DNA of 64,000 nt from NCBI GenBank assembly GCA_002715965.1, contig PBAL01000099.1, forward strand, positions 65,749 through 129,748. The letters are read 5' to 3'. Of the stretch, positions 40,690 to 50,424 are shown one piece after another (the stretch's first letter is position 1; each line of letters starts with the position of its first letter). The position numbers and the translations under genes were made by a program. Source of the DNA: Verrucomicrobiales bacterium. GTDB lineage: Bacteria; Verrucomicrobiota; Verrucomicrobiia; Limisphaerales; JAYPXF01. The notes under the pieces were generated by a model. That model ran no database searches, had not been told where the DNA came from, and saw only the letters and a program-made list of their open reading frames with translations.

Positions 40690-41745
40690 TCAGCGTTGGT
40701 AAAGCGGGATGTAGTGATACGGCATGGCGAGGATCATCGTGTATACGGCGGTCGTAAAGTTGGTGCCGACCCCGCCACGTCCACGGGCTTCCCAATAGGA
40801 GACGCTCTTTTCGGTGATGACCTGGCCCATGAGGATCTTCTTCACGTCGTCATACCATTTCTTCCACGTAGGCCCGCCGATCATGTAGTGCGCCGGCGCT
40901 GCGTAGAAGTTGCCGTAGGTGAACCACTCGTGATCTTCGCGCTGGGTTTCGAAGAGAAACTTGGAACCGGCCTTCACCTTCGGATCATCGTATTGGCCAC
41001 AGACTTGAAGGGAATAGATGGCGGCCGCGGTTCGAGCAAAACCGGCTTCGCGATTGGGCTGATAACAGAACCCGCCCTCGTCTTCCTTGTAGCAACGGCG
41101 AACGTAGGCGACGGCGTCGTCGATGGTTTTTTGCGGGACTTCGAGTCCGGCGTTCTTGGCTGCGCGAATGGCGACGAGTTGAAGAACGGTCACTGAGATA
41201 TCGGCATCCTTGGCGATCGGACGATAGCGCCAGCCACCGTGGTGCTGATCCTGATCGGCCTGTGCGCTGACGATGAGGCGGACGACGCGTTGCAGCTTGC
41301 TGCGGATGACGGGCGACCGGGTTTGTCCGTATAGCTCGGCGAGCGCAATGGTCGCAATGCCATGGGAATACATGTACTGGCCGTCGCGACCGCTGCCGTA
41401 GAGACCTTCCGGAGAAATCAGGTCCAGCAGATAGTTCATGCCCCCGGTGACGTTGCGGCCGAACTCGCCTTCACCCGGAAGATGGCCGGCGGCCTGGAAG
41501 GCCATGAGGACGTAGCCGGTCATGGCAATGGTGTATTTGTTGCGATCCTCGGACGCGCTCCAGGAACCGTTTGGCAGCTGTCGTTTCGCGAGAAACTTCA
41601 AGGAGCCGTCGATGATCTTTTCCGTGTTCTTGTCGACGACGACGGTGTTCTGGTCCGCTTTTGCGGCGCGGAGATTGGCGACGGGTGCGAGCGCGATGAG
41701 CAGGACCAACGTGCAACGAATCACGAACGGGGATCGGGTTTGCAT
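40690..41745 (-). CDS. Prenyltransferase/squalene-oxidase repeat protein
   Basis: FLAKRQLPNGSW, MYSHGIATIALAELYG, GGWRY, DISVT, GGFCY. Confidence 0.92.
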   Translation of the reverse strand: MQTRSPFVIRCTLVLLIALAPVANLRAAKADQNTVVVDKNTEKIIDGSLKFLAKRQLPNGSWSASEDRNKYTIAMTGYVLMAFQAAGHLPGEGEFGRNVTGGMNYLLDLISPEGLYGSGRDGQYMYSHGIATIALAELYGQTRSPVIRSKLQRVVRLIVSAQADQDQHHGGWRYRPIAKDADISVTVLQLVAIRAAKNAGLEVPQKTIDDAVAYVRRCYKEDEGGFCYQPNREAGFARTAAAIYSLQVCGQYDDPKVKAGSKFLFETQREDHEWFTYGNFYAAPAHYMIGGPTWKKWYDDVKKILMGQVITEKSVSYWEARGRGGVGTNFTTAVYTMILAMPYHYIPLYQR

Positions 41746-41749
41746 GGAA

Positions 41750-44700
41750 TCAACGAGTGCCGCGGCTGGCCTGGTCAGAAAGGTTCTTCAGGTATTGCTC
41801 GACGAGCGGGCCGAACTCCTCGGGATAACTTTCGCCAAGAGATTGTAGGATGGCGTTTCGTTCGCGGGCGGGAAGTCCGATGAAGGTGTTGCGATCGGCC
41901 ACACGCCGGAGGCGACCGTCGGTTCCACCTTTGCCGTTGAAGTTGCCCTTGTCGCCGTTGCCTTGTCCGTCCTTGCTGTCTTCCTGCGCCTTGTTCTTGC
42001 CCGGCCCCTTGGCGTTGCCCTTGCCCTTCTGTTCGCTTTCGCCACGTCCGCCTTCGCCCTGGGCCATCTGTTGTTCGGCATTGTTGCCGAGACCCTTCTG
42101 CGCGAGTGCGAGAGCAGCGGCTGCCTTGTTGAGCGAACTCTGGGCCTGTTGCGCGTTTTGCTGGGCGGGTGAGGCATCGCCGGAGGTGGCCTGTGCGGAA
42201 GCTTCGGTCAGCGCGCGTTGGGCGGCACGCAATGCGAGTTGGGCATCCATGGGCAACATGCTGATGGCGCCACTGGTCAATGGAGAAAGAAGTTTGTTCG
42301 CATCATCGAGCGGTTCGGCGGCCAACTCGGGTTTTGCCTGGGCCAGTTGCTGGGCGATGGCGCGGAGGTCGCCTTGTTCCTTCGCGAGTTGAGCGGCATC
42401 GGCGGGTTTGGAATTGGATTTGCCTTGTCCGGAGTTTGGCTTGGCTCCTTTGTTGGAATCGCCCTTCTCGGATTCACCCTGGGGATTGTCGCCCTGGTTA
42501 TTCTCACCCTTGGAATCAGGTTTCTTCGCAGATTCAGATTGTGCGGCCTTCTTGAGATTATCTTCGGCCTTGGCCATTTCGCCAATGGCAGACGGCACAT
42601 CCTTCGCGCCGAGTTCGTCAGCGGCTTTCCTGGCGGCCTTGCTGGCATCGAGGAGGACGGGGGAATCAGGCTCGGCCTTTGCCTTCTTGTCCACCTTTGC
42701 GGCGAGCTTGCCCTGCTCGTCCTTCACGAGCGCCTCAAGTGTAGCCGGCGCATCCAGCTCACTGACGGCCTTGTTGACGAGGAGTTGCGCGGCCGCGACT
42801 TGTTCGGTGGCTTCGGCGAGCATATCCGGTTTGCTTTCTTCGGGTTTGCCGAGGGCCTTGGCGATTTCTTCCTTCTTGCGATCGATCTCCTGCTTGGCGG
42901 TCAGGAGATTCTCGATGGCGCGGCCTTGTTCCTGGCGTGCGGCGTTTGCGTCCGGCTTCTTCAATGCCTTGGCCGCCTCGGCCATGTCATTCGATGCGCT
43001 GGCGAGGTTGCGGGAAGCCTGGGGAACGGTCTGGGTTGCTTCACTCGCGGTCTTCGATGTTTCGTCGGCGAGGTTGTTTTGTCTCGGAGCCTGGGCACGG
43101 GCCTGTCGCTCGCCTTCGGGCGAACGGGCTTCGGCGGCCTTGGCGGTCTGAAGCTGCACCTTGAATTGTTCCTGAAGCAGCTCCGTGACCTTTTCTCCAA
43201 GTTTGTCGAGCTTGGCGAGTTGTTCCTCGGCTTTCTCGAGCTTGGCCACTTCCTGGGAGAGTTCGGACTCGGCGCGCTTCAAGGCATCGGCCGCAGCCTG
43301 CTGGGTCAGTGGGGCGGGCAGTTTGTTGGCGAGAGATTCAGCGGCCTTGCCCATCTGTTTGGCAGCCTCGGCGAGCGAATTGGCAGCTTCCTTGGCGAGG
43401 GGAATTGATTTTGCGTGGGCGTCCTGGGCGAGCGCCTTGAGCGTTTGTTGCTGGGCGGCATGCTGTGGCAGCAGGTCCTTCTTGTCCTTGGGAACGAGCG
43501 CAGCCACGGCCTTGGCGTCGGCCTGCTTCTGTGAGAGTTCCTGAACTTCGGCGAGAAGCTTCTTCAACTTGGAAATCTTGTCTTCGGCTTCTTCGCCGGC
43601 TTTCTGTGCTTCCTTGATCTTCTTCGCGAGGATGACGCGGGCTTCATGCATCTTCGTCAAAGCCTCGCGCTGCTTTTCAACAACTGGTGATTCTTCCTCG
43701 TTGTTGCTCCGGCGTCGCGTGGTCGGCGCGTTGCGGAGTTCGGCGCGCGCTTGTTGTTGACGGTCGATGGACTCGTTCAATGCGCTGGCGGCAATCGGGG
43801 CATGTTCGGCGAGGTCTTCGCGGATGACGTCGGTTTCGTCGACGACTTTCATCTGACCTTTCTCAATGGCGTTCCGATCGTCTGTCTCCAGCTTCTTCTC
43901 GGTGGCCTTCTTGGTTTCATCAATGAGGGCTTCCTGTTTGGCCATGGTCTTCTGCAGGTCGCGCAAGGCTTCCTTGAGAATGGTCATGGTGTCGCGATCG
44001 GGACGAAGCAGTCGGGCAAGTTCAACGAAGAGATCGCGGGCGCGCTTTTCGTTTCCAGCCGCGCTTTTGAGGTTGGATGCCTTCAAGTCGTCCGCAGCGC
44101 TGGTGACGATGAGTTCGAGTTCACCTTCACGCGCGCGGGCCACGGCCATCCGTGGTTTCTCGGCGGGCAAGCCGTCCATTTCGCTGACGACGTCGTAGAG
44201 CTTGTCCAACACGATGATGGTCTCGTCCTTGATGGTGACCTGCTCGGTCGACTGGAGCTGGAGGGAGATGCGGTGCGATTCCTTGCTGCGCCGGGCATCG
44301 CGTCCACCGGTGGCACCAAAGAGCGCGATGGTCTCCGCCATGTTTGCGCCTTGCCGGCGTCCGAGATCGCGAAAGCGACGGGCAATCTCGCGGAGAATCT
44401 GCTGACGCTGGTATTCCAGGAGGAGATGACGGAGTTGAACGATGATGGTTTTCTGGCCGGCGTAGGCGTTGAGGGTGTTCTCGCTGGATTTGCCGGGCTC
44501 GCTCGTGTTGCGGGCGGATTGCAGAAGGGCGATGACCTTTTTGATTTCGTCCTGCGTCAAGTCGCCGAGCACACTGCGAATCGCCTTGAGCACGGCGACG
44601 TCGTCACCGGCCAGGCCATTACGTTCGTATTCATCGATGATGACATCGAGCTGGGCGCCGACTCTTGCGGTCGTGTCCCTTATTTGTGATTGGCGGAGTT

Positions 44701-44815
44701 CCTGTTGGAGCAGGAGATCGGTGGCGTTCAGCTCGGTGTTCTCCGCCTGGGCGGTACGGGGCGCGAGCACTGCGAGTGCGCAGAACGTCAGCGTGATGAG
44801 AATGTGTCGATACAT
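41750..44815 (-). CDS. Large exported coiled-coil protein (DUF4175-like) with Gly/Lys/Gln-rich tail
   Basis: Signal peptide, repeated helical units (QQ..L..; A...M..A...L...A...Q..A), C-terminal LPARER..YPEEFGPLVEQYLKNLS. Confidence 0.85.
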   Translation of the reverse strand: MYRHILITLTFCALAVLAPRTAQAENTELNATDLLLQQELRQSQIRDTTARVGAQLDVIIDEYERNGLAGDDVAVLKAIRSVLGDLTQDEIKKVIALLQSARNTSEPGKSSENTLNAYAGQKTIIVQLRHLLLEYQRQQILREIARRFRDLGRRQGANMAETIALFGATGGRDARRSKESHRISLQLQSTEQVTIKDETIIVLDKLYDVVSEMDGLPAEKPRMAVARAREGELELIVTSAADDLKASNLKSAAGNEKRARDLFVELARLLRPDRDTMTILKEALRDLQKTMAKQEALIDETKKATEKKLETDDRNAIEKGQMKVVDETDVIREDLAEHAPIAASALNESIDRQQQARAELRNAPTTRRRSNNEEESPVVEKQREALTKMHEARVILAKKIKEAQKAGEEAEDKISKLKKLLAEVQELSQKQADAKAVAALVPKDKKDLLPQHAAQQQTLKALAQDAHAKSIPLAKEAANSLAEAAKQMGKAAESLANKLPAPLTQQAAADALKRAESELSQEVAKLEKAEEQLAKLDKLGEKVTELLQEQFKVQLQTAKAAEARSPEGERQARAQAPRQNNLADETSKTASEATQTVPQASRNLASASNDMAEAAKALKKPDANAARQEQGRAIENLLTAKQEIDRKKEEIAKALGKPEESKPDMLAEATEQVAAAQLLVNKAVSELDAPATLEALVKDEQGKLAAKVDKKAKAEPDSPVLLDASKAARKAADELGAKDVPSAIGEMAKAEDNLKKAAQSESAKKPDSKGENNQGDNPQGESEKGDSNKGAKPNSGQGKSNSKPADAAQLAKEQGDLRAIAQQLAQAKPELAAEPLDDANKLLSPLTSGAISMLPMDAQLALRAAQRALTEASAQATSGDASPAQQNAQQAQSSLNKAAAALALAQKGLGNNAEQQMAQGEGGRGESEQKGKGNAKGPGKNKAQEDSKDGQGNGDKGNFNGKGGTDGRLRRVADRNTFIGLPARERNAILQSLGESYPEEFGPLVEQYLKNLSDQASRGTR
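42420..42520 (-). repeat. Degenerate 15-nt coding tandem repeat (xxxG[DE] pentapeptides)
   Basis: DSKGE NNQGD NPQGE SEKGD SNKGA inside the coiled-coil gene. Confidence 0.6.
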
Positions 44816-44917
44816 TGGCAAAACTGGTTGTACGATTGCAGGTGCCTAATCGAACTCACCTGCTGAGCGGCCTATTCTATCGGGCTGAAGGTGACCGGCA
44901 ATGATGAATAGCGGACG

Positions 44918-44974
44918 CGCGGATTCCGGCGTCGGTTGCACAATTCGCCGAGTTCAGCGGGAATCCGCGTTTTT
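44918..44974 (+). terminator. Hairpin + U-tract upstream of the mPPase-like gene
   Basis: cgcggattcc (44918-44927) / ggaatccgcg (44960-44969), inner ggcg/cgcc pair, then ttttt. Confidence 0.45.
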
Positions 44975-44976
44975 CC

Positions 44977-46794
44977 TTGGTGCAATTCGGCGAATCCAAG
45001 TTAATCGGCGCGTTGAAATCCAGCGTCTTTATCCTCCTGCTGTTTTGCGTGCCGAGTCTCTCGGCTGAGGGACTGGTCGTGGGTGCACCCGAGTTGACGC
45101 TGGTGGAATGGGGCGGTGAGGGCGCATCGGGAATGAACGGGACGCAGTGGTTCGCGGTTCTGTGGTTGAGCGTGATGTTCGGTATTGCGGCTTTGCCGGC
45201 AGTGACGAGAAACCGCGTCCGGCTGGACTGGCTGGCGAAGGATATGCCCTTTCCGAGAATCCCGCGCGAATTCATGGGCGCGCTCTGGACGCCCATCGCG
45301 GTCGTGGTGTGGGGATTGATCTTTCTCTTTTCCGGATTGATGGCGTTGCCGTGGAATGTGTCCGCGGCTGTCGTGGTGGCGTTTGTGCTGGGCGCTTGGT
45401 CGTTGCTGCTCGTCCAACGCCCGCTCGGACAACGGGCAGATGCGGTGGGCGCGGACAATGCAGGAATTGCGTTTGGAGTTTCATTCGCGATCGCCGAGTT
45501 GGGGAACATCGGTCTGATCGTTTTCCTGAGCGTGTTGGTGCCGTTCGAGGCGTCCGCGGTCTGCGTGCTGGTGTTTGCGCTCGGACAGGCGCTGTGCGCG
45601 CGATTGAACCTGGGCGAGGCGGGAACCTACGACCGACTGAAAACACATTCGGTGCATCAAGGTCTTCTGCTTGCCTCAATCGTCTACGTGATCCCGCTGA
45701 TCTTCGACGGCTCGCCGTTGATCGCGGCTGAGTTGTTTTTCGTGATGCTGTTGATGCGCTTGGTTGTGTCGGTCGTGCCCCTGCTTGCCGAACTCACGAC
45801 GGGAAATTCGCATCTTGAAGGCGGAGACGCATCCGTGGTGCGGGATTGGTGCGGAACGGTGATCGCGATTGGACTGGTTGTCCTGGCGGCTTTGGTGGGG
45901 AGACTGGTTTTTCCCGCAGGTGCGTTTTCGATGCATGGCGAAATCTGGTGGGCGCTTGCAGCCGTGATTGGCGCGGGTTCGGTTGCGCGAGTGCTGGGTG
46001 TGGAACTGACCGAAACACTCGCGAGGCACGATCCGCACATGAGCCGGATCGCTGTCGGCAGCATGGGCATCCTGGGAATCTGGTTTGCCGCGGAGATCTG
46101 CGGGTCGGAGCCGTTCCAATTTCTCCTGTCCGGAGTGGCGCATCATCACGAATGGATGTTCGCGTTTGTGCTGTTCGTCTTTGGCTGGACGCTGACGCAG
46201 GGGATGGCAGCGCGGACCGGGGCGTTTCAACCCGCCCTACTGGCCTTCGCCGTCAGTGGAGTATTGGTCTTTGGCGAGGTGTTCACCGAGGCGCAGAAAC
46301 ACTTCAGCCTGATGAACTCGAAGGTCTTCGCGAGTCTGGCCGCAGGTTTTCTCCTGATCGCGTTGATGCGTTGGGCGGATTCCGTGTCTGGCTGCGATCA
46401 ACCGGAGCGCGCGCGATCGCTGACGAAGTACGCGAGTGCCGCGCTGGGGTTGGTGCTGATCCAGATTTGCTTCGCTGTGGCGCTGCCCTTGTTCAGCGTG
46501 TTCGGGGCGTTTGCGGCCTTCGCGGTGGTGGCCTTTGTGGATTCCATGGATCCATCCCCCGCTAGCACGCCCAGCCGACACGGCGCGGCGCTTCAGATTC
46601 TGCTCGGCTGGATCGGTGCGGGGATTTCGATTGAGCTGTTGCGGGTGTTTGGCGGAGCGGAAGGCGGTTGGGTGTTTGGCTTCAATGTCGGAGTGATCGC
46701 GCTCAAGAACATCCTCGGGGTGGTTCTCCTGGTTGGCGGGATGTGCATCGGCTTCATGATCGCTCACCGGTGCCCGGTTTCGGGGGCGAAATAA
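44977..46794 (+). CDS. Polytopic membrane protein, apparent catalytically dead membrane pyrophosphatase (HppA-like) homolog
   Basis: Uninterrupted ORF (likely TTG start at 45013, signal-like N-terminus) with roughly 16 hydrophobic segments. TM motifs are colinear with mPPases, but no DxxxDxxK/DNxGD/GGAWDNAKK/DPFKD catalytic motifs are present. Confidence 0.7.
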   Translation: MVQFGESKLIGALKSSVFILLLFCVPSLSAEGLVVGAPELTLVEWGGEGASGMNGTQWFAVLWLSVMFGIAALPAVTRNRVRLDWLAKDMPFPRIPREFMGALWTPIAVVVWGLIFLFSGLMALPWNVSAAVVVAFVLGAWSLLLVQRPLGQRADAVGADNAGIAFGVSFAIAELGNIGLIVFLSVLVPFEASAVCVLVFALGQALCARLNLGEAGTYDRLKTHSVHQGLLLASIVYVIPLIFDGSPLIAAELFFVMLLMRLVVSVVPLLAELTTGNSHLEGGDASVVRDWCGTVIAIGLVVLAALVGRLVFPAGAFSMHGEIWWALAAVIGAGSVARVLGVELTETLARHDPHMSRIAVGSMGILGIWFAAEICGSEPFQFLLSGVAHHHEWMFAFVLFVFGWTLTQGMAARTGAFQPALLAFAVSGVLVFGEVFTEAQKHFSLMNSKVFASLAAGFLLIALMRWADSVSGCDQPERARSLTKYASAALGLVLIQICFAVALPLFSVFGAFAAFAVVAFVDSMDPSPASTPSRHGAALQILLGWIGAGISIELLRVFGGAEGGWVFGFNVGVIALKNILGVVLLVGGMCIGFMIAHRCPVSGAK

Positions 46795-46861
46795 GCGCTG
46801 TGGATAGCTTTCTGAGATCCCACTTGGCACTGATTGGCGCATCTGATTCACTCGCCCCCAC

Positions 46862-49048
46862 ATGAATCCCATTCGGCGCGTCATTTACCTGTTGTGTGCA
46901 TGGGTGATCGCGTCAGCGTCAGCGATGGCGCAGGTCGGCCAGGGCGAATGGAAGGTTGATGCGGGTGACAAGGGAGTTGAGTTTGATCCGCGAACCGGGC
47001 GTGTCGTTGCGACCAACGGAGTGGTGATTCAATACAAGAGTCCCGATGGTATGGAAGCTGAACTGAGCGCGAATTCAATCTCGCTGGACCAGAACTCAGG
47101 CGACGTCGAAGCCGAGGGGCGAGTCTTCCTGCGAAGCGGAGCGCAGAGCTGGAAGGGCTCGAAGATTCACTACAATTTCAAGACCAGGAGGATGGACAGC
47201 GGTTCGTTCCGCACGGAACACGCACCGTTTTATGCCGGTGGTCTGAGCCTGAGTGCGGATGTGGATTCGCAGACGATTACTGCGACGAATGCTTTCGTGA
47301 CGGTGGATGACATCGCGGACCCGATTTACGTGATTCGTTGCAAGTCGCTGAAGGTGGTTTCCGGCAAGCGGATCACCGCGACGCATGCGACGGCTTATGT
47401 GGGCAAGGTTCCCGTGTGGTATCTGCCGGTATGGTCGCGGAGTCTGGAGCGCCATCGGAACTACTGGGTCACTGTTCCGGGTTATCGCAGCATCTTCGGG
47501 CCTTACATTCTGACCAAGTATGTGTGGAATCCCACCGACGAACTGGAGACCGCGATCAACATGGATTACCGGCAGCGACGCGGCATCGGCATCGGTCCCG
47601 AGATCAAGCTCAACCTGGGCGAGTGGGGTGAGCTGGGTGCCGGCGGTTATTACGCGCGTGATGACGGTCCGGTGAATACCCAGAACCGAACCATCGATCC
47701 GAACCGGCATCGGCTGAACTTCACCTACAAGCTGGAGATCCGAACGAACACGACGGTAAAAGCCTTGGTGCGCCATCAGAGTGATCCCTTCGTCGTCCGC
47801 GATTTCTTTGAATGGGAATACCGCCAGAACACCCAACCGAGCACCTACCTCGAGTTCGAGCATCTCTGGGACAACTTCAGCCTGAGCGCGCTGGCCATGC
47901 CACGCGTGAACGACTTCTTCGAACGCGTCGAACGCCTGCCCGACGTAAAGCTCACGGCGCTGCGGCAGAAGCTTGGAAACACGCCCTTCTTCTACGAGGG
48001 CGAAAGTGGAGCGGGCTATTTCAAACACGAGTTTCGCGACAACAACCGGCCGTCGTTTGCGGCCCGACGCGTGGACACCTATCATCAGGTCCTGCTGCCG
48101 AAGACCTACTTCAATTGGCTGAACGTCACACCGCGCGTTGGCGGGCGCTTCACTTCCTACGGCGAGAGTGAAGGTGGCTTCGTGGGCGACGAGGCAAGTC
48201 GTTATGTGTTCAACACCGGGGCAGAGTTCTCGACCAAGCTCTCACGCACCTGGGAGGACAAGAAGCTGTCGCTCTTCAATTCCGAAGGCATGCGCCACAT
48301 CATCGAGCCCTCGGTGAACTACGTTTACGTTCCCTCGCCGAACAAGACACCGGGTGAACTTCCGCAGTTCGACAGCATCATCCCAACCTTGCGGCTCCTG
48401 CCGATCGATTATCCGGAATTCAATTCGATTGATTCGGTCGATAGCCAGAACACCGTGCGCCTTGGCTTGCGCAACCAGATCCAGACCAAGCGCGAAGGTC
48501 GCGTGGATACCCTGTTGAACTGGCAGCTGTTTACCGACTGGAATATCAAGCAGCGCCCGGATCAGGACACCTATTCCGATGTCTTCTCCGATCTCGATTT
48601 CAAACCGCGCGAGTGGTTGGTCTTCAACTCGGAGAACCGCTACAACCTGAACAGCGGAACCTTCCGCATCGCGGACCATCGCGTGACCTTCACGAGGAGC
48701 GATCGTTGGTCAATCGGCGTGGGGCATCGCTATGTGCGCCGCGATGCCGCCGTTGATCCGTTCGGACAGAATCTGATCCTCGCCAACTTCTACTATCGCC
48801 TGAACGAGAACTGGGGCTTCAACGTGCGGGAGCAGTTTGAGTCGCGCGACGGCACGATGGAGGAACAGAACTACACGATCTACCGCGACTTCCGCAGCTG
48901 GGTCGGATCGCTGACCATGCGCCTGCGCAACAACCGCCAGCAGGCCGATGATTTCACGATCGCCTTTGCGCTCTCGATGAAGGCCCTCCCCCGCTTCGAT
49001 CTCGGCACGGACGCGAACGAGCCGACTTACCTGATCAACAATCGTTGA
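46862..49048 (+). CDS. lptD: LPS-assembly protein LptD
   Basis: Signal peptide, N-terminal beta-jellyroll (ATNGVVIQY..LSANSI..VEAEGRV..YNFKT), PVWYLP, ERLPDV, RHIIEP.V.Y.YVP, IDSVDSQNTVRLGLRNQIQTK. Confidence 0.88.
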   Translation: MNPIRRVIYLLCAWVIASASAMAQVGQGEWKVDAGDKGVEFDPRTGRVVATNGVVIQYKSPDGMEAELSANSISLDQNSGDVEAEGRVFLRSGAQSWKGSKIHYNFKTRRMDSGSFRTEHAPFYAGGLSLSADVDSQTITATNAFVTVDDIADPIYVIRCKSLKVVSGKRITATHATAYVGKVPVWYLPVWSRSLERHRNYWVTVPGYRSIFGPYILTKYVWNPTDELETAINMDYRQRRGIGIGPEIKLNLGEWGELGAGGYYARDDGPVNTQNRTIDPNRHRLNFTYKLEIRTNTTVKALVRHQSDPFVVRDFFEWEYRQNTQPSTYLEFEHLWDNFSLSALAMPRVNDFFERVERLPDVKLTALRQKLGNTPFFYEGESGAGYFKHEFRDNNRPSFAARRVDTYHQVLLPKTYFNWLNVTPRVGGRFTSYGESEGGFVGDEASRYVFNTGAEFSTKLSRTWEDKKLSLFNSEGMRHIIEPSVNYVYVPSPNKTPGELPQFDSIIPTLRLLPIDYPEFNSIDSVDSQNTVRLGLRNQIQTKREGRVDTLLNWQLFTDWNIKQRPDQDTYSDVFSDLDFKPREWLVFNSENRYNLNSGTFRIADHRVTFTRSDRWSIGVGHRYVRRDAAVDPFGQNLILANFYYRLNENWGFNVREQFESRDGTMEEQNYTIYRDFRSWVGSLTMRLRNNRQQADDFTIAFALSMKALPRFDLGTDANEPTYLINNR

Positions 49049-49081
49049 TCGGGATTGGCGAACACCAATTCATATGGGTGT

Positions 49082-49119
49082 CGCGTCAGGGGACTGCCGA
49101 AGTCCAAGACGCTGACGCG
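49082..49119. terminator. Hairpin after lptD (terminator or REP-like)
   Basis: cgcgtcag/ctgacgcg outer stem and ggact/agtcc inner stem. Confidence 0.55.
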
Positions 49120-49170
49120 CTCGCGCTGCCCGACGAATCGGTGGCAGCGGATTTGTGGGTAAATGGACAG

Positions 49171-49224
49171 CCCAGCGGGAGAGAAGGGCAGGGGAGAACG
49201 CTTCGAAAACCGTTTGATCCGATT
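49171..49224. repeat. REP-like repeat, family A second arm
   Basis: cccagcgggagag plus ggggagaacgcttcgaaaaccgtttgatc, shared with 2135-2147 and ~38595-38622. Confidence 0.7.
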
Positions 49225-49346
49225 TTTGTCAAACTCGCGGTTGCTGTTAGACCTCAGCGGTTTCCAATTTTTTTGAGCACGCACTTGGATCTCCTGCCGA
49301 TCCCTCTAGAGTTGTGCATTCCGAATTCGCTGGTCAGTATTCGCCC

Positions 49347-50417
49347 ATGATTTCCTCTCCCGCTTCCCGTCGTTCATTCCTGAAGCACACTGGAATCTTC
49401 GCCTTGCTCGCAGCCGCGCCAAACCTCCTGCTGGCCAGGAAAGCTGTAAGCAAGAGCGTGGTGGTTGGTGCGGGCAAGTTTCGCTACGAGTGCGATCATG
49501 AATGGGCGAAGCTTCCTTCCGGCCATCAATACGGGGGTGCTTCACATGGAACAGCGATTGATTCGCAAGGGATGATCTACATCACCCACCATGGATCGCC
49601 GGGATCGATTTTTGTGTTCGATGAGAAAGGCAAACTCGTTCGTTCACTTGGTGAGAAGTTCATGATCAAGGGCCGCGCCTACGGACACGGAATCGACATC
49701 CGTAAGGAAGGCAGCGAAGAGTTCATGTATCTCTCGCCGAATGATTCGACCGGGATGGGCTTCGCGAAGATGAGTCTCAAGGGCGAACTCGTGTGGCAGA
49801 AGGACCGCAAGGTGATCGCGAAGGATTCAGGCCTTTACGAAGGCAAGAAGGCGCGCTTCCGGGCCACGAACGTGAACTTTCTTCCCAATGGCGGCTACTG
49901 CCTGGGAGATGGTTACGGAAGTGGTTACATGCATCTCTACGACAAGAACGACAAATACGTGAGCAGCTTTGGTGGAGGTGGAACTGCGAATGGAAAGTTC
50001 AAGACCCCGCACGGGCAATGGCTCGACCAGCGCGACGGCAAAGCGAAGATCGTGGTTTGTGATCGCGCCAATGCGCGCCTGCAATGGTTCAGCCTGGATG
50101 GCAGCCACATCCGCACTCAGGACGGCCTGCTTTTTCCGGCGGATATCGACATCCAGGGCGATCTGATGCTCGTGCCGGATCTGCATGCGCGGATTACAAT
50201 CTTCGACAAGAACAACAAGGCCGTTGCCCAACTTGGCGACGTCGAAGGCTGGCGCGAAAAAGTCCTCGGCACCCGCGGCTTTCGCAACAAACCCGATCAA
50301 TGGCGGCCGGGAAGGTTTATTCATCCGCACGATGCCTGCTTCGACAAAGACGGAAACATCTTCGTGGCGGAGTGGGTGGCCGGAGGCCGCGTGACCAAGC
50401 TGAGGAAGTTGAGTTGA
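49347..50417 (+). CDS. Tat-exported NHL-repeat beta-propeller protein
   Basis: SRRSFLK signal, [36 protein letters not shown]. Start at ATG 49347. Confidence 0.9.
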   Translation: MISSPASRRSFLKHTGIFALLAAAPNLLLARKAVSKSVVVGAGKFRYECDHEWAKLPSGHQYGGASHGTAIDSQGMIYITHHGSPGSIFVFDEKGKLVRSLGEKFMIKGRAYGHGIDIRKEGSEEFMYLSPNDSTGMGFAKMSLKGELVWQKDRKVIAKDSGLYEGKKARFRATNVNFLPNGGYCLGDGYGSGYMHLYDKNDKYVSSFGGGGTANGKFKTPHGQWLDQRDGKAKIVVCDRANARLQWFSLDGSHIRTQDGLLFPADIDIQGDLMLVPDLHARITIFDKNNKAVAQLGDVEGWREKVLGTRGFRNKPDQWRPGRFIHPHDACFDKDGNIFVAEWVAGGRVTKLRKLS

Positions 50418-50424
50418 AGACGCG

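Noticed and set aside
40690..41745. Squalene-hopene cyclase / terpene cluster
   Set aside because: Only 351 aa, exported, single barrel, no DxDD motif and no hpn genes nearby.
45430..45472. RADAVGADNAGIA as a retained mPPase catalytic motif
   Set aside because: It resembles DNAG-type motifs but lies at a non-equivalent position in the colinear alignment, so it is probably coincidental.
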